Source: Chrysomallon squamiferum
Lineage: Eukaryota; Animalia; Mollusca
Assembly: GCA_012295275.1 (NCBI GenBank)
Contig: CM022672.1
Span: 31,744,001-31,808,000, forward strand
DNA length: 64,000 bases
Direction of reading: 5' to 3'
Shown here: positions 12,094 to 25,238 of the stretch, one piece after another
Position numbering within the stretch: position 1 is the first letter of the stretch
Layout of the letters: the number at the start of each line of letters is the position of its first letter
The notes under the pieces: model-generated
The model's database searches: none
Told to the model about the DNA's origin: nothing
Seen by the model: only the letters and a program-made list of their open reading frames with translations
Program-made: the position numbers and the translations under genes

Positions 12094-15000
12094 TTTCTAT
12101 GTTGTTTTTTTTTTTTTGGTTTTTTTTGATTTCTGAAAGAAACAAACGTAAGATTCATATGGACTTCTTAATGAACAATTCATTTTTGTTTCTTACTTTG
12201 ATGGTTTGTTTTTTTTGCTTTGGGTTTTCACTTAGAGTATTGTTTTAAACTAGTACACATATTTTTTTTTTAATTTCTGAATTTTTTCTAAATTAGAAAC
12301 TAACAGAAGATTCACCTGTGCTCAGATAATGGAGAGGGCCAAGAAACATGACCCTTGGTTTGGAATTGAGCAGGAATACACTTTACTCGCCTTCGATGGA
12401 CATCCTTTTGGCTGGCCTAAAAATGGCTTCCCAGGTCCTCAAGGTATCAATGCAGTTTTTCTTCATTAATAAAAACACAGTTCAGCTCTATATAAGATTA
12501 GCTGAGTAGGTGACTGAGGTCCTCGAGTTAACAGTTCACATTTTTCTTTCTTTAATTGTCGTTCAGCTCTATATAAGATGAATTGAGCAGGTGACCCTTA
12601 CCTGAAAAACCATGAACTATATCCAGTCTTTTGTCAAGGTCATGGTTTGTGGTTTTTGTGACAGGTGAAGGATAATTTTTTTTTTTATTTTTTTATTTAT
12701 TAATTTGGCCCCATACTGAGGCAAAACGTTTCCTTTTATATATGTTTAACATAAGAAAGTTTGACAAACTGAATGTCTGTTTAAAGTTAGGTTAAGTAAT
12801 TCAGAATTTTTAAATCTGTATAAAGTTGGTTTTACGTAATTTAGAGGGTTTTAAACCTGTTTAAATTGGTTTAAGTAATCAGAGGGTTTTTAAGTCTGTT
12901 TAAATTTGGTTTAAGTAATTCAGAGAGTTTTTAAACGTCTGTTTTATTCAGGTCCGTACTACTGTGGCGTTGGTGCTAACAAGGTTTACGGCAGGGACAT
13001 CGTTGAGGCTCATTACAGAGCTTGTCTGTATGCTGGGGTCAACATCGGCGGCTGCAACGCAGAAGTCATGCCAGCTCAGGTAAGTGTAGTTCTTTTTAAC
13101 TGAGGCAACTGAATAATAATAATAAAACAAAAAAAACAAAGAAAGAAATAATGAAACAAAAATAAATGAAAAAAGCTGGCTAATTTACTGTTAATGAGAA
13201 TCTTGTTATTTTTCAGTCTAAGTAATATCAACTTTTTTTTTCACTTTTTCATCTTAATAATAATATTTATTGATCAGGTTTTGGAAAAGATTTATGATGG
13301 TTCTGTTCTGTCTTTTTAAAGTTGTTTTAAAAGATAAAATTTCAGACTTGAAACATAATTTATAAAAACACTTTAACAGTATGAACTGACATGGTAGCTC
13401 AATGAAAACAGTTTGTATGCAGTAGCAAAGAATAAAAATAATTGCAATGACAAGTGTGAAACCAGTTTGTATTTTACATTATGCTATTCATGTATGTTTA
13501 TAAAATTATTTTATTTAAAATATTTATTAAGTTACCAAATCATGCACCATATTTCATTAATCTATCACATATATAAATAATAATAACTTTATTTAGATTA
13601 ATAAGTTATCAAACAAGACAGTGTATTCCATTAAGCTATGATATGTTTGTAAATAAAAATAACTAAATATTTTAAATAGTTATTTTTTTTATTAACAAAC
13701 TTTGATAGATGAATGCATTTGATAACTTAATTTTATTTAAAATATTTAAAAATATCAAACAAGGCAGTGTATTTCAATAAGCTAACACATGTATGCTAAT
13801 AAAAACAACTCAATAAATATTTTAAATACTTTACATATTATCAAACAAGTCAACGTATTTCATTAAGCTATCACATTCCTGTTAATAAAAAATAACTTAA
13901 TACTTTAAATAAAATCATCAAACAAGGTAACGCATTTCATTAAGCCATCACATTCCTGCTAATAAAAAATAACTTAATATTTTAAATATTTTACATAAAA
14001 TCATAAAACTAGTCAATGTATTTCATTAACCTATCACATGCATGGTAATAAAAATAACTTGATATTTTAAATAAAATTATCATCAAACAAGGCAATGCAT
14101 TCGCATGTGAAATAACACAAACTGATTATTAAAAAAAAACATTTCAGTGGGAGTTCCAGTGAAATAACATAAACAGATTATAAAACGATGATACAATTGA
14201 CATTTCAGTGGGAATTCCAGTGAAATAACATAAACAGATTATAAAACGATGATACAACGATGATACAATTGACAAATTATAAAATGATGATACAATTGAC
14301 AGATTATAAAACGATGATACAATTGACAGATTATAAAACGATGATACACTTGACATTTCAGTGGGAGTTCCAGGTGGGGACCGTGTCGGGGGATAGACAT
14401 GGGGGATCACCTGTGGATGGCGAGGTACATCATGCACCGCGTGTCCGAGGAGTTCGGGGTCGTCGTCACGCTTGATCCCGAAACCGATGGAGGGTGATTG
14501 GAACGGCGCTGGCGCTCACTGCAACTACAGCACACTGGAGATGAGGAACGAAGGTGGCATCAGGTAAAACGCTTGTTACAGGTGTTCAGGTCTGAACAAC
14601 CAAGTTCGTAGTGAAATTCATAATTTAAAAAAAAAAAATTGTATCATAGATTTTATTCACTCATTTTGTTCAGCTTTGAGAATACATACATATGAAATTA
14701 AATATGTATATATATATATATATATATACATATTTAATTTCATATCATTTATCTTATATATTTCTGTCGTGAGATGAAATCACATGCTCAAAAGCTACCT
14801 ACCAACAAATGTACCATCTTTATTTTTTCATTTTTGTTGAACTGTACATATCCCTGAGTTTGGTTTAGGATACCTGAACAAGTTCAATACTTTCTGTAAC
14901 ACTGAAAATATAATTATTTTTTTTTAAATCCTGTTCAGATACCAAATATATAGTATATTGAACATCTATTACTAATCTGTACAAAGAACATTTGGGTTCT

Positions 15001-15623
15001 CTTCAGTAACACCCAAATATAATTTATATCAGTTATGAATTCGTATCAATTTTTAGCTTTTTTTTTAAGTACAAGTATATAAAAATCAGCCTACTTTGAA
15101 ATTTGGATATAGTTTTCTTTCTAGAACTGTATTCTCTCCAGCACTCACAGCTTCATTAAATGTTTAAAAAAAATTTGTTACATGAATTTTTAATGGCAGC
15201 CGTAAGAGAAATTAATTTTGAAGCATTAGCGAAATTCGTTTTATACTTCTAGTGTTGATTAAACATGGGTGATGTTGATGTTTTTTAACTGATCAGATGC
15301 AGCAGATTGACTGATTGTTTTCACCTGTTTTCAGAGCTATCGAGGATGCCATCGAGAAGCTGTCCAAACATCACGTACGTCACATCAAGGCATACGACCC
15401 TCGCGAGGGCAAAGACAACGAACGTCGTCTGACAGGACAGCACGAGACGTCCAGCATCCACGACTTTTCGGCTGGCGTCGCCAACCGCGGCGCTAGCATC
15501 AGGATTCCGCGACAGGTCGCTGAGGACGGGAGGGGTTACCTTGAGGACCGACGCCCGTCGTCCAACTGTGATCCGTATGCCGTGACCGAGGTCATTGTGA
15601 GAACGACATGCTTGGACGAGTAG
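10237..15623 (+). CDS. GLUL: Glutamine synthetase (type II), six coding exons: 10237-10396, 10865-11026, 12297-12443, 12952-13079, 14362-14563, 15335-15623; ~361 aa
   Basis: Hallmark motifs [98 protein letters not shown]. All introns GT-AG with consistent phases. Internal exon sizes 162/147/128/200(+2) match the vertebrate GLUL structure as I recall it. Confidence 0.97.
10865..11026 (+). CDS. GLUL: GS coding exon 2 ([12 protein letters not shown]...YNKKPA)
   Basis: acag acceptor, gtaggt donor, 162 nt. Confidence 0.95.
12297..12443 (+). CDS. GLUL: GS coding exon 3 (ETNRRFTC...FPGPQ)
   Basis: ttag acceptor, gtatca donor, 147 nt. Confidence 0.95.
12952..13079 (+). CDS. GLUL: GS coding exon 4 (GPYYCGVG...EVMPAQ)
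   Basis: ttcag acceptor, gtaagt donor, 128 nt. Confidence 0.95.
13550..14373. repeat. Intronic tandem repeats: degenerate ~70-80 bp units, then 61-bp and 27-bp units containing copies of the next GS acceptor
   Basis: tcaaacaagg...tatttcattaagctatcacat...aataaaaataac recurs several times; acatttcagtggga(g/a)ttccag at 14139, 14200 and 14353; gattataaaacgatgatacaattgaca repeats. Confidence 0.9.
14362..14563 (+). CDS. GLUL: GS coding exon 5 ([15 protein letters not shown]...NEGGI) with two +1 homopolymer insertions
   Basis: 202 nt where the frame needs 200. Extra G in the run at 14376-14379 and extra C in the run at 14477-14479; removing both restores QVGPC and [15 protein letters not shown]. 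Confidence 0.92.
15335..15623 (+). CDS. GLUL: GS last coding exon ([11 protein letters not shown]...TTCLDE*)
   Basis: ttttcag acceptor; matches the 15315-15623 ORF; C-terminal GS signature. Confidence 0.97.
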
Positions 15624-15811
15624 GGGACGCGAGATTTGTTAACAAACCACCTGAACTGTGTGACAGCCTAAATATATAAAAAAAAACACAAAAAAAACAG
15701 AAAAATAACATCGATTTAACGAGTAATCTTGTAGACTGGTTTTAATTTGAGCATTGCTGGTCCTGGCAGTAAGCTCTGTGGTTGTGGATTAGCTGGGAAT
15801 GTGTTGAGATA

Positions 15812-16035
15812 ATCTGCATTATTTTAATATATTCATTGTAATAAAACAAAATGTGCATTTTGTATATTCCATAATAGAATAAAATGTACATTTTTAATAT
15901 CTTCCTTGACAGAATAAAATGTACATTTTTAATATATTCTTTAATAGAATAAAATATTCATTTTTGATATATTCTGTAACTGAATAAAATAAAATGTACA
16001 TTTTAATGTTGCATAATATTAATAGAATAAAAAAA
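15812..16035 (+). repeat. ~35-bp tandem repeat in the GS 3' region, most units containing AATAAA
   Basis: agaataaaatgtacatttttaatat recurs about six times. Confidence 0.8.
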
Positions 16036-16680
16036 AAAAGTTTATATAGGTTAAAAATCTAAACAGATGTTCATTTTCCTTTTTTATATTTTATTTTTTT
16101 TAGACCAGTCTATAAACATAGTTTTAGATCAGTGATCAATATTTACACCTAAGTTGAACCTAATCGGACCTTTTTTTTTTTTTTCAAATAAAGCTGCATA
16201 TAGATTCCAAGTAGGCATATAATTAATTTTGTTTACAATATTCAGAGAATATAGTTTTTGAATATGTAAATGATCAGTTTACTTTGTAATAAAAAATGAA
16301 GCAGATAGCGAGTTTGTTTATATTGGTGCAATAAAATAAAAACATGAAGTATAAAAAAATGAAAAAAAGAATTGTTTGAAACTGGTGAATATTTGTTATG
16401 TTATTGTGAAGAAAATTTGTTTACTAATCCCTATTATTTGTTAGAACATAATGATTCATTTTTTTTTTTTTCCTATATATTTAGAATGTTTAGGGACTGT
16501 TAATATTTTTTAGACTTGATTAAAACCACCACAAATTTTATTAAGCTGTTTGTGGTACATGTGTATATATATATCATATTTTAAATTGATTAATTTTGGT
16601 AATATTTAATTTTTAATTTTTTTTACTTTTTTTATTTCACATAATAAATATATAATTTTTATTTATTTATTTATTTATTT

Positions 16681-16717
<37 letters not shown>

Positions 16718-18402
16718 TTGGTTGTAACCTGCTGTGTGATGTAAGATATGATTGACAGTTAAACAGGTGATTCTTAATCAGAAATGTGAATAAAACATTT
16801 ACAATGAAAATTTATTTTATTTTCTTATTGCAATTGAAATAATGTAGGCAGTAAGAAAGTGAGATATTTGACCAAGTTAACTGTTTTTCGGTTTATTGTT
16901 TTAAATTTAGAAATATATTTCTGATACATGTAATGGAATTTCGTTTTTCAGAATAGTTATTCAGATCTGGATTGTTAAAATTTTATTTTTTTAAGACGTG
17001 GCTTTCAGGTTATTTCAGTTTTAATTATTCCAATATTCTCAATTCCTAACTTTCACCACTTCGTCCTGTATTCACTGTTTAAATACCATGGCTTCTAGCG
17101 TAGTTGATTTTTATTTTATTATTTTAAACGAAATTTTCTCGATTTTATTTTCTACATTTAAAAACACACTCAGACACACACACAGAAATAATTTAATAAC
17201 TGATGATAAATAATACAATAAAAGAAAAGAATTTTAAAAAATAATTAAACGTACATCAGGCTTTTCTAACGGTGCAGAATCTGACGGCCATTTTTTCCCG
17301 TGTAGGACTGATTTCCAATAAAAACAAATGTAAATAACAGTGTTATAAATTTATGAGTGGGTGACAGTCGTACGGAAATGCATTTTCGGTGCACGATTTA
17401 TGATCTATTTTCAATAATGGCCGTAACCACATTGAAGAAAAATGCTTCGTACCGAAACTGAGGGGTTTTCTTTTATTATGTACAAAGGTTTTCATTTAAA
17501 AATATAAAATATAAATGGCTAAAGTCGCGGATTTTGTGTCTCCCAAGTCGGATCTTCTGGAGGAATTAGGCCCCCAGAACCCCTCGCCCCAATTGTTTCT
17601 TTTACATTTTTTTTTTTTTTTTTTATTGTTTAGGCGTTTTTGCCTCGTTTCCAAAAGTCTAGTTACGGCCCTGCTACAAGGTATATCTTTATCTTTCTTT
17701 ACAGTTTTTTCTTTTTCTTTTCTTTTTTCTTTCTTTTATAAAGGGCTGGCTTTACATTAGTTTGTCTTGGCTCTCTTAAAAACATAATTATAAATAATTA
17801 TCTTATACAAACTAGCGCGCCATCGAAATCTGCATACACACTCGATTAAGGTGAAGTATGCATTTAGTTCATCTAAGTGCTGATTACGTTAACAGCAAGT
17901 GTTGCAAATGATACTCATAACAACTGTTACAGGTGCGGAAAACATACTTCTGTTGTAGATAAACCAAACAAATAAATAAATGAAATGAAATAAAAAGTTT
18001 TATAGTCGGCTGGGTTTGTCTTTCGACACTTTGCACCATACATCCCTATAAAACGCGTTTTATGTTACAGTACGGCTGCTTTATTCGATACTTTTAAAAG
18101 TGTTTAGCCTGTTTCCTGCTCTGCACATTACTATGCATGTTTGTTGAATCACAAACGCCACGCGAACTGTAATATACCTTACGCTTGTTATGAGTTTTAT
18201 GACCTGCAAAATAAACTCTTTTTAGATCGATCGGTGAACTCGGCATATTTGCGATTGTAATTTCCGAGAAAGCCGTGATGGTTGCTATAGCAATGCCCGC
18301 CTACGACGATTCATGTTTGTTGTGGGTACTGGCATGACGGATGTAAATAAAGATTGTAAATTTATTTAAAAAAAAAAAAAAAAAAAAAATGTAGTTTTTT
18401 TA

Positions 18403-18484
18403 CCCTCAGATAAGAGGACACCTGCAATATAAGGACACTTTTGCTTGGTCCCACAGGCTGTCCGTACAAGACAGGTACCACTGT
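18403..18484. mobile_element. Remnant end of a Tc1/mariner(pogo)-type MITE
   Basis: Ends acaggtaccactg followed by TA, with internal aggacac repeats typical of such termini. Other end not found. Confidence 0.4.
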
Positions 18485-18578
18485 ATATGAAATGTTACAT
18501 TAGATTTTTATAATGTTCAAAACTGATTTATTATGTTTTGTGCTTTATATAGTATTTTACTACATAATAATCATAATC

Positions 18579-18664
<86 letters not shown>

Positions 18665-18810
18665 ATATATATATATATATATATATAACGGATAATTTCC
18701 TTAATCTCTTAATGGGTCTTAATTATTATCATAATTTATTCTTGTCCAAGGTTAGTCGAACACGAACAATACACCGAAGGAAAGAGGGAAAGAAATTAAA
18801 TGTGTAACAG

Positions 18811-18847
<37 letters not shown>

Positions 18848-19337
18848 TTGGTGGAAACGAGAACATTTCTCTCTAACTAGGTCAGAAGGTCTAAATAATC
18901 TCTGGCAACGTGCGATATAAATGCTGGTTTTGTTTACACTCGTACAAAACATCTGATGCAACGACGTTGTTTTGGTCTGGTTTGACACAGTTTGAAAACG
19001 CTGAGTAACTTTACACAAATGACGATGCCGATGTGAATGTTTATCGAAAGGCACAACAGTACTGTACGGGCAAATAATCTGTTTACGTTAAATCTGAGAA
19101 GCTGTGCTTTGACACAATGTGTTATAAGAAAAATTTTTTTTTTTTTTTTAGATAATTCTCATTCTGGTTTGTGTTGTGAATTTCTTTCCTGAACATTTTT
19201 ACAGCATTATAGGATGGGGAGGGAGAGACAAAAGAAATAAAGAAAAAAAGCAAAGCATAATAATAATAATAATATCTGAAAAGAATTCATGAAGTTTGGT
19301 TAAACTTTTCCTTAAATAATTTTCTTCCTTTTAAGTG

Positions 19338-19372
<35 letters not shown>

Positions 19373-20420
19373 TATAGATATATATTAAATGTTTTATTTC
19401 GCTATATTGAATAACATTATTTAATAACTGTTGACACAAGCGGGGCCAAAACGTACAACAAAACAAAAATCACTAAATTTGAACTAAACGCCATTTCCCG
19501 CTTGAAACCTTACTAGCTACTGTTAATTTATTTCGACGATCACTGCAACCCTCTGTCAACCCACTTTCCATCAAAGTAACATAAATTTTACATCTGCACC
19601 CATTACCATCCTTACATAACAAACGTCACGCAACCCAGCCTACATTTTTCTACTGTACTTTTTTCTTTACTTATACCGAATGACGTTTGCTTGCCTTGTT
19701 TTTTTATTTTTGTGTACTGTTCGTACATTATTATATCACTGTATTATGTAGCTGTTGTTCGTACTAACATTTTACTATTTCGGTACATTTTAACGTTAAT
19801 ATTTACATTCGTGATTTCCTAGGTTTTTTTCATTTTGCCCGGAAAGCTGCTCGCAACAATTAGTCCATGAAATCGAGGGTCGATAGTATAGTTATAACTG
19901 TTCTGCGTTGTTATTTATTTTAAAATGTCGAACAACTCTTCTTATGAAACTAAAAACAACGGCTGTTAATTTATATTCACTTTTCAATAGACTGAACATA
20001 ATGAGCCACCTTATCTGTGATATATTAATCGTATACCACTAGTTAGGTGAAGATTTATTAACATTTATCGCTGACATATTAAACAGCGCTCTAACCCCAG
20101 AACTAAACCCGATGCATTCGTTCATTGACCCCAGAACGATACAATAAACAGCGCCTTTGTTTACAGCAGAAGATCAAGCATATATTATGATAATGGTATC
20201 GATTGACGTCACAACAAGGGCGAGTAACCCTGTTTGGTTCTCTTAGTGAAATAAATTGAAGCGACGTTGTTGGAAATACATCGGTAACAACATTAGTAAA
20301 AATTATTATTTCCCGTTCCAGCTAAAGGTTCAAATCAGATACTGATGTTTCTGCTTTCGTATATTTGGGAAAAAACGCGTAAAATAGGTTTATAACAAAT
20401 TGCTATTGGATTGTATAAAA

Positions 20421-20463
<43 letters not shown>

Positions 20464-20597
20464 GGCGTTGTTATTGTGTGTATTTACATCGTTGGCATTT
20501 CCTATTATTTATTTATTTTATTTTATTTTATTTTATTATTATATATATTTTTTTATTTCGTTAATGTTATTTTTTTTTTAGGAAATGGATCACCTAC

Positions 20598-20679
20598 TTC
20601 CAGAAACCACAAGTGAAAAAAACACATGAGCAGTTGTAACAAGATTTTTGACATTTGTCATTACATGCCTTCACAAACA
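20598..20679 (-). other. Candidate exon of an unidentified minus-strand gene (MSKILLQLLMCFFHLWFLE, signal-peptide-like)
   Basis: ttttctgttgtcag acceptor, gtaggt donor, ATG at 20654 preceded by in-frame stops. No recognisable homology. Confidence 0.3.
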
Positions 20680-21451
20680 CTGACAACAGAAAAGCTGTCA
20701 CTTTTATTATTCAGTAATTGAAAATATTTCTAACGCTAAACCTACATTACAGGCACTGTCACTTCACGAATAAATCAATTTGTAACCTTTTCTCACATCA
20801 CAAAAACTTAATATTTTTTTTTTTCATTTAGTCGCACAACAAAAATAAACCAGGCATGAAAAGAAACATTTAAAAATTTGAATAAAAATAGAAAGGTTAA
20901 AAGATTATATATTCATTAAAAAAAAAAAAAAAAAATCCAGTTTGGTGAGGTGACGGTTTTAAATTAAATACCCTCCCCCTTCACCACACCAACCCGCCTC
21001 CTCAGTATAACACAAATCTTTTGACGTTTTTAATTAACGGCGTATTTTGCATTATTTTCTATGAATACCACATAGGAATGTTGCCTAAGTTGTTGAGAAG
21101 TGAAATTCGATGATGAACAATGATCATTGTAACATAATCATAGTGCTAGAAACAGAATCCTTTTGTTAAGGTCAAAAGAATTTTCTTTTTTTTGGAGGTC
21201 AGCGACCTTGTCAGACTATGGCCTTCATTTCTAGTTAGTCATTAACAAGAACATTTTTTTTTTTTTTTTCTTTTTTTAATAAAAATATTATACAGCTAAG
21301 TTGCTTTTAAATCTGGGCCTTCGTACTCTTTCTATAGTATTTACAAAACCTGTTGTGTTTTATCTTTTGTATTCTTTTTTGAAAGAACGCATTTAAGCAA
21401 AATATGTAAAGATTTATAATAAAATCTTGTTAAATTCAGTTATCTTTATTC

Positions 21452-21515
<64 letters not shown>

Positions 21516-21617
21516 TTTTTTTATCTCCTGTTCAGTAAGATTATTTTTAGTAATTATTATTCAAATACAAGGCAAACATTCTGCATAAATTATGCTGATT
21601 AGACATATATATATATA

Positions 21618-21648
<31 letters not shown>

Positions 21649-24245
21649 ATATATATACATATGAGAAAGGAAATAAAAATAATAATAATGAAAAAGTAAT
21701 AACAAAATAAAATAATTTAAAAAAAAAAAAAAAAAAAAAACACCTACTGGATTTATTCTAACAAACATCTGCGACAAAAAAAAAAAAATAATAAAAATAA
21801 AATGGCGCGCATTCTATTTCACTGAAATAACACTGAACGTCGTATAGTTATTATTTTACGCACACTGAAAGTAACCACGTTCTCTGAGTGTGGAAATAAA
21901 TGCTGACATGTAATATCTCTGTTTACCTCGCTTCAGCCCGCCCTGAACCGAGAGCAATATAAACATGGACGACACCCTATCGCATTTCACGTCACACGCT
22001 ATAGTCACGTGATGTTTAACATTGTTTTCTTGTACGGCGTCAAAACAGATAATTTTTTTTTTTTTTTTTTTGATTGTTTCAAAGGACACTGTCTCGTTTA
22101 TTAGTGAGTAAAGTACGTAAAAGCCTCAAAGTACGAAATGTTTATTCACTTCAGATATAAACGAGAAAACTAGGTTAGAAAAGGTGACTCTTATTAAATA
22201 TAATAATAATAATAATAATATAATAAGAATATTCTGTCGTGTTCACACAGGAAAATATTTCAGATGATAATAAACAATGAGATCAGTTTCAGAGTTTTGT
22301 TATCTCATCTACAGCCAAACTTTGTGGTTTAAATAACTTTTGATACAGTATGTTAAAAAAAATAATAATAATAAAAATAATTGAAAAAAAAATTTTTTTT
22401 TTTTTTTTTTTTAAAATAAGTGTAGCCATATTGCTTTCTAAACTGGTTTATATGTAATCATTTTGTCAAATACAAATCGTTACCATTCTAAAACTGTAAG
22501 AATGATTAATTATCAGCTCATCAACAGAATTCTATTCTGTTACACACAACCAACAGACATCTGTGATGTGAATAAACAGATGTACAGACAGATACACAGA
22601 AAGTCAGTCAGACACACTGACAGATAGATAGATATGTAGGTAGGTAGATAGATAGATAGATAGATAGATAAAATATATATGCCAAAGACAGACAGAGAAA
22701 GGTATGGATAAATATGTAATGCCAGAGGATGAAGGGACAATAAACACATACATACACATACATATACACATATACATACATATACACACACACGTGTATT
22801 TGCATGGATACGTATATATATATATATGTATATGTATGTTTATATATGTGTGTGTATGTGTAAAGAAAAATGATTTAAAAAATGTGTAAGATCCAGAATG
22901 TAATATATTCTTCTAAGCTTGCTCTTTTTATATTTGGTCAAAGGAAGAAGGTCACGTGATACTGAATAATAACTGTTGAAGATAAACAAAAGATGATGTT
23001 GATAATAAGAATAACAAAACAACAAATTTGTAACACACACCCACACATACACACACGCACACATAAACAAATATTCGAATGGTGAATACAATGAACACCG
23101 AAATGAAAGACTGAAAGATTAACGATGTGTAAAGAAACATAATAAATAAATAAATAAATAAATAAATAATAAAGAAGTAAATAAATAAATAAATAAATAA
23201 CATATGAAAGAAAAAATATGTATGTGTGCAGGAGAATGTAAAAATAGAATAATCGAGATAAATTATTACGATAAATTTATAAAAATTAATTAAAAAAAAA
23301 AATTAAATAAATAAATAATAACAAAAAAAAAAGGTTTGTGTGGAAAAATTTTATTGTTGATGTTGTAGTTATATTTGTTGATTTTAAAAAAGCTTTAGTT
23401 TAGATGTGATGTTTATTAATGAGTTAATTCAGATGTTTATCACGATTTTTTTATACAATAATAATAATCATAACAAAGAACACAGAATACTGATATAGCG
23501 AATGACACAGCGAAAATATGATCTGTCAGTTTTTACAAAACGCGCCTTTTTTTATTTTTTATTTTTTTTTTGTACACAGAATAGTCGATCATAATTCTTT
23601 TATTCTGCTGTTACTATAGAAAACAATGACGTCACTGTCTGACTGAATGGAAATGAAAGAAGAAAAAGGTATAAGTGACGTCACTATTTGTTTTTGGCAC
23701 GGTTAGCTAGCACAACGAGATAGCGTTACACGCTGTGACGTAACTGGTATATTTATCATGTATTATGAGTAATAGGTGTAACTGTAAACATTAGTCACCG
23801 AACATTACAGTATTCACATGTCTTTATATTATTCTGATTTCAAAACAAAAATAAATAAATAAATATGATAAATAAGTTTCTGTTATTCCAGCTTATGCTT
23901 CCAAATGAAGTATATTTACATACAACCTAAATATCTTTTTCCCACCTAATTACATGATGTCACATTTTCTGATTAATAAATTAATTCATTTTTATATTTA
24001 TATGTCTGTACGTTACCATATATCTTGTTATTATTGTACAATATATATCTTTTTAAATATTTGTTATAACTAGCTGTTTCGAGAGCGTAATAAAATATTG
24101 ACACAGAATAGTAACAGATTACGTTAACCTTTTGAACTAGTACTCGATTTTTATCTAGCGATAAAAAAAAGAAAGAGAAAAACAACAACAACAATAATAT
24201 AAAGTCACATATAAAGGAATATTATGTCAGTATTTTGTCACGTTT

Positions 24246-24278
<33 letters not shown>

Positions 24279-24957
24279 CACACACACATACACACATACC
24301 CCCAAAACATACACACACAAACACACGCACACACACGATCACACACATATTGTGATTAATAATAATATAGGTACAATTCACAAACTGCCTGTATTCCATG
24401 TGTTAGCAATAAGTTCTATTAAATTCACAAAAATTCAGTTATGTGAAAATTATCTGATGAGCCCCTGACAAGCTTTGATCCAGCAGTCGTCCGCATGTTA
24501 CAGTTTTGAAACAGTTAATTGATTATAACAGAATGAAATAAATAAATAACTGCTTTTGTATTATTATTATCTTCATTTCTTATTGTTGTTATTTATTTAT
24601 TTAAAGTTATTTGTGTTTTCATTTTTGGGATAATGTTTATTCAAAATTCGTGAAAAAAATTCTTGTTCAGGCACGACACCCAGCTGGTTCAACGATCGTT
24701 TAGTTTTCTGTGTGTTGCAAGCTGGTTGTGCAAGTTCGTTGTGACGTCACGCTGCTGACACATCAGTCTCATTGTCGAAATTTTACACGAGTTTGTCCTC
24801 AATCAATTCTGCGACAAACGATTACCGTAAAGCTCTTAATAATCAACTTGTTACTCAAATAGGGTGCGTCATTCCTTTTGTCACGCACAGGTAAAATAAT
24901 AACTCAGTTTTTGTAAATAAACGTTGGTTCAAGAACATATCGTGGTATGAATTTACA

Positions 24958-24991
<34 letters not shown>

Positions 24992-25238
24992 AAAATCGGT
25001 CACGAAGCAAAAGCAAAGTTCGTAGTCGATAGTAACAGTTTATTTTGAAGTGCAAACAGTCTATATATATTTTTTAATGTATTCGCTATTGCAAAAATTC
25101 ACCTGTACTTTGAGTAACTGGATTTAGAAATAAGATTTAAGAGATCTACATTCAAGTGTGTGTCTTTGTGTGTTACAATGAAAAAATAATAATAATAATA
25201 ATAAAAAAATAAATAAATAAAAGGTAAGTAATTTAGCT

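Noticed and set aside
14144-14475. Independent repeat-protein ORFs on both strands
   Set aside because: They arise from the 27-bp intronic repeat plus the frameshifted GS exon.
14376-14480. Programmed frameshifting or RNA editing in GS
   Set aside because: Two separate insertions in short homopolymers are more simply explained as sequencing error; no recoding signals seen.
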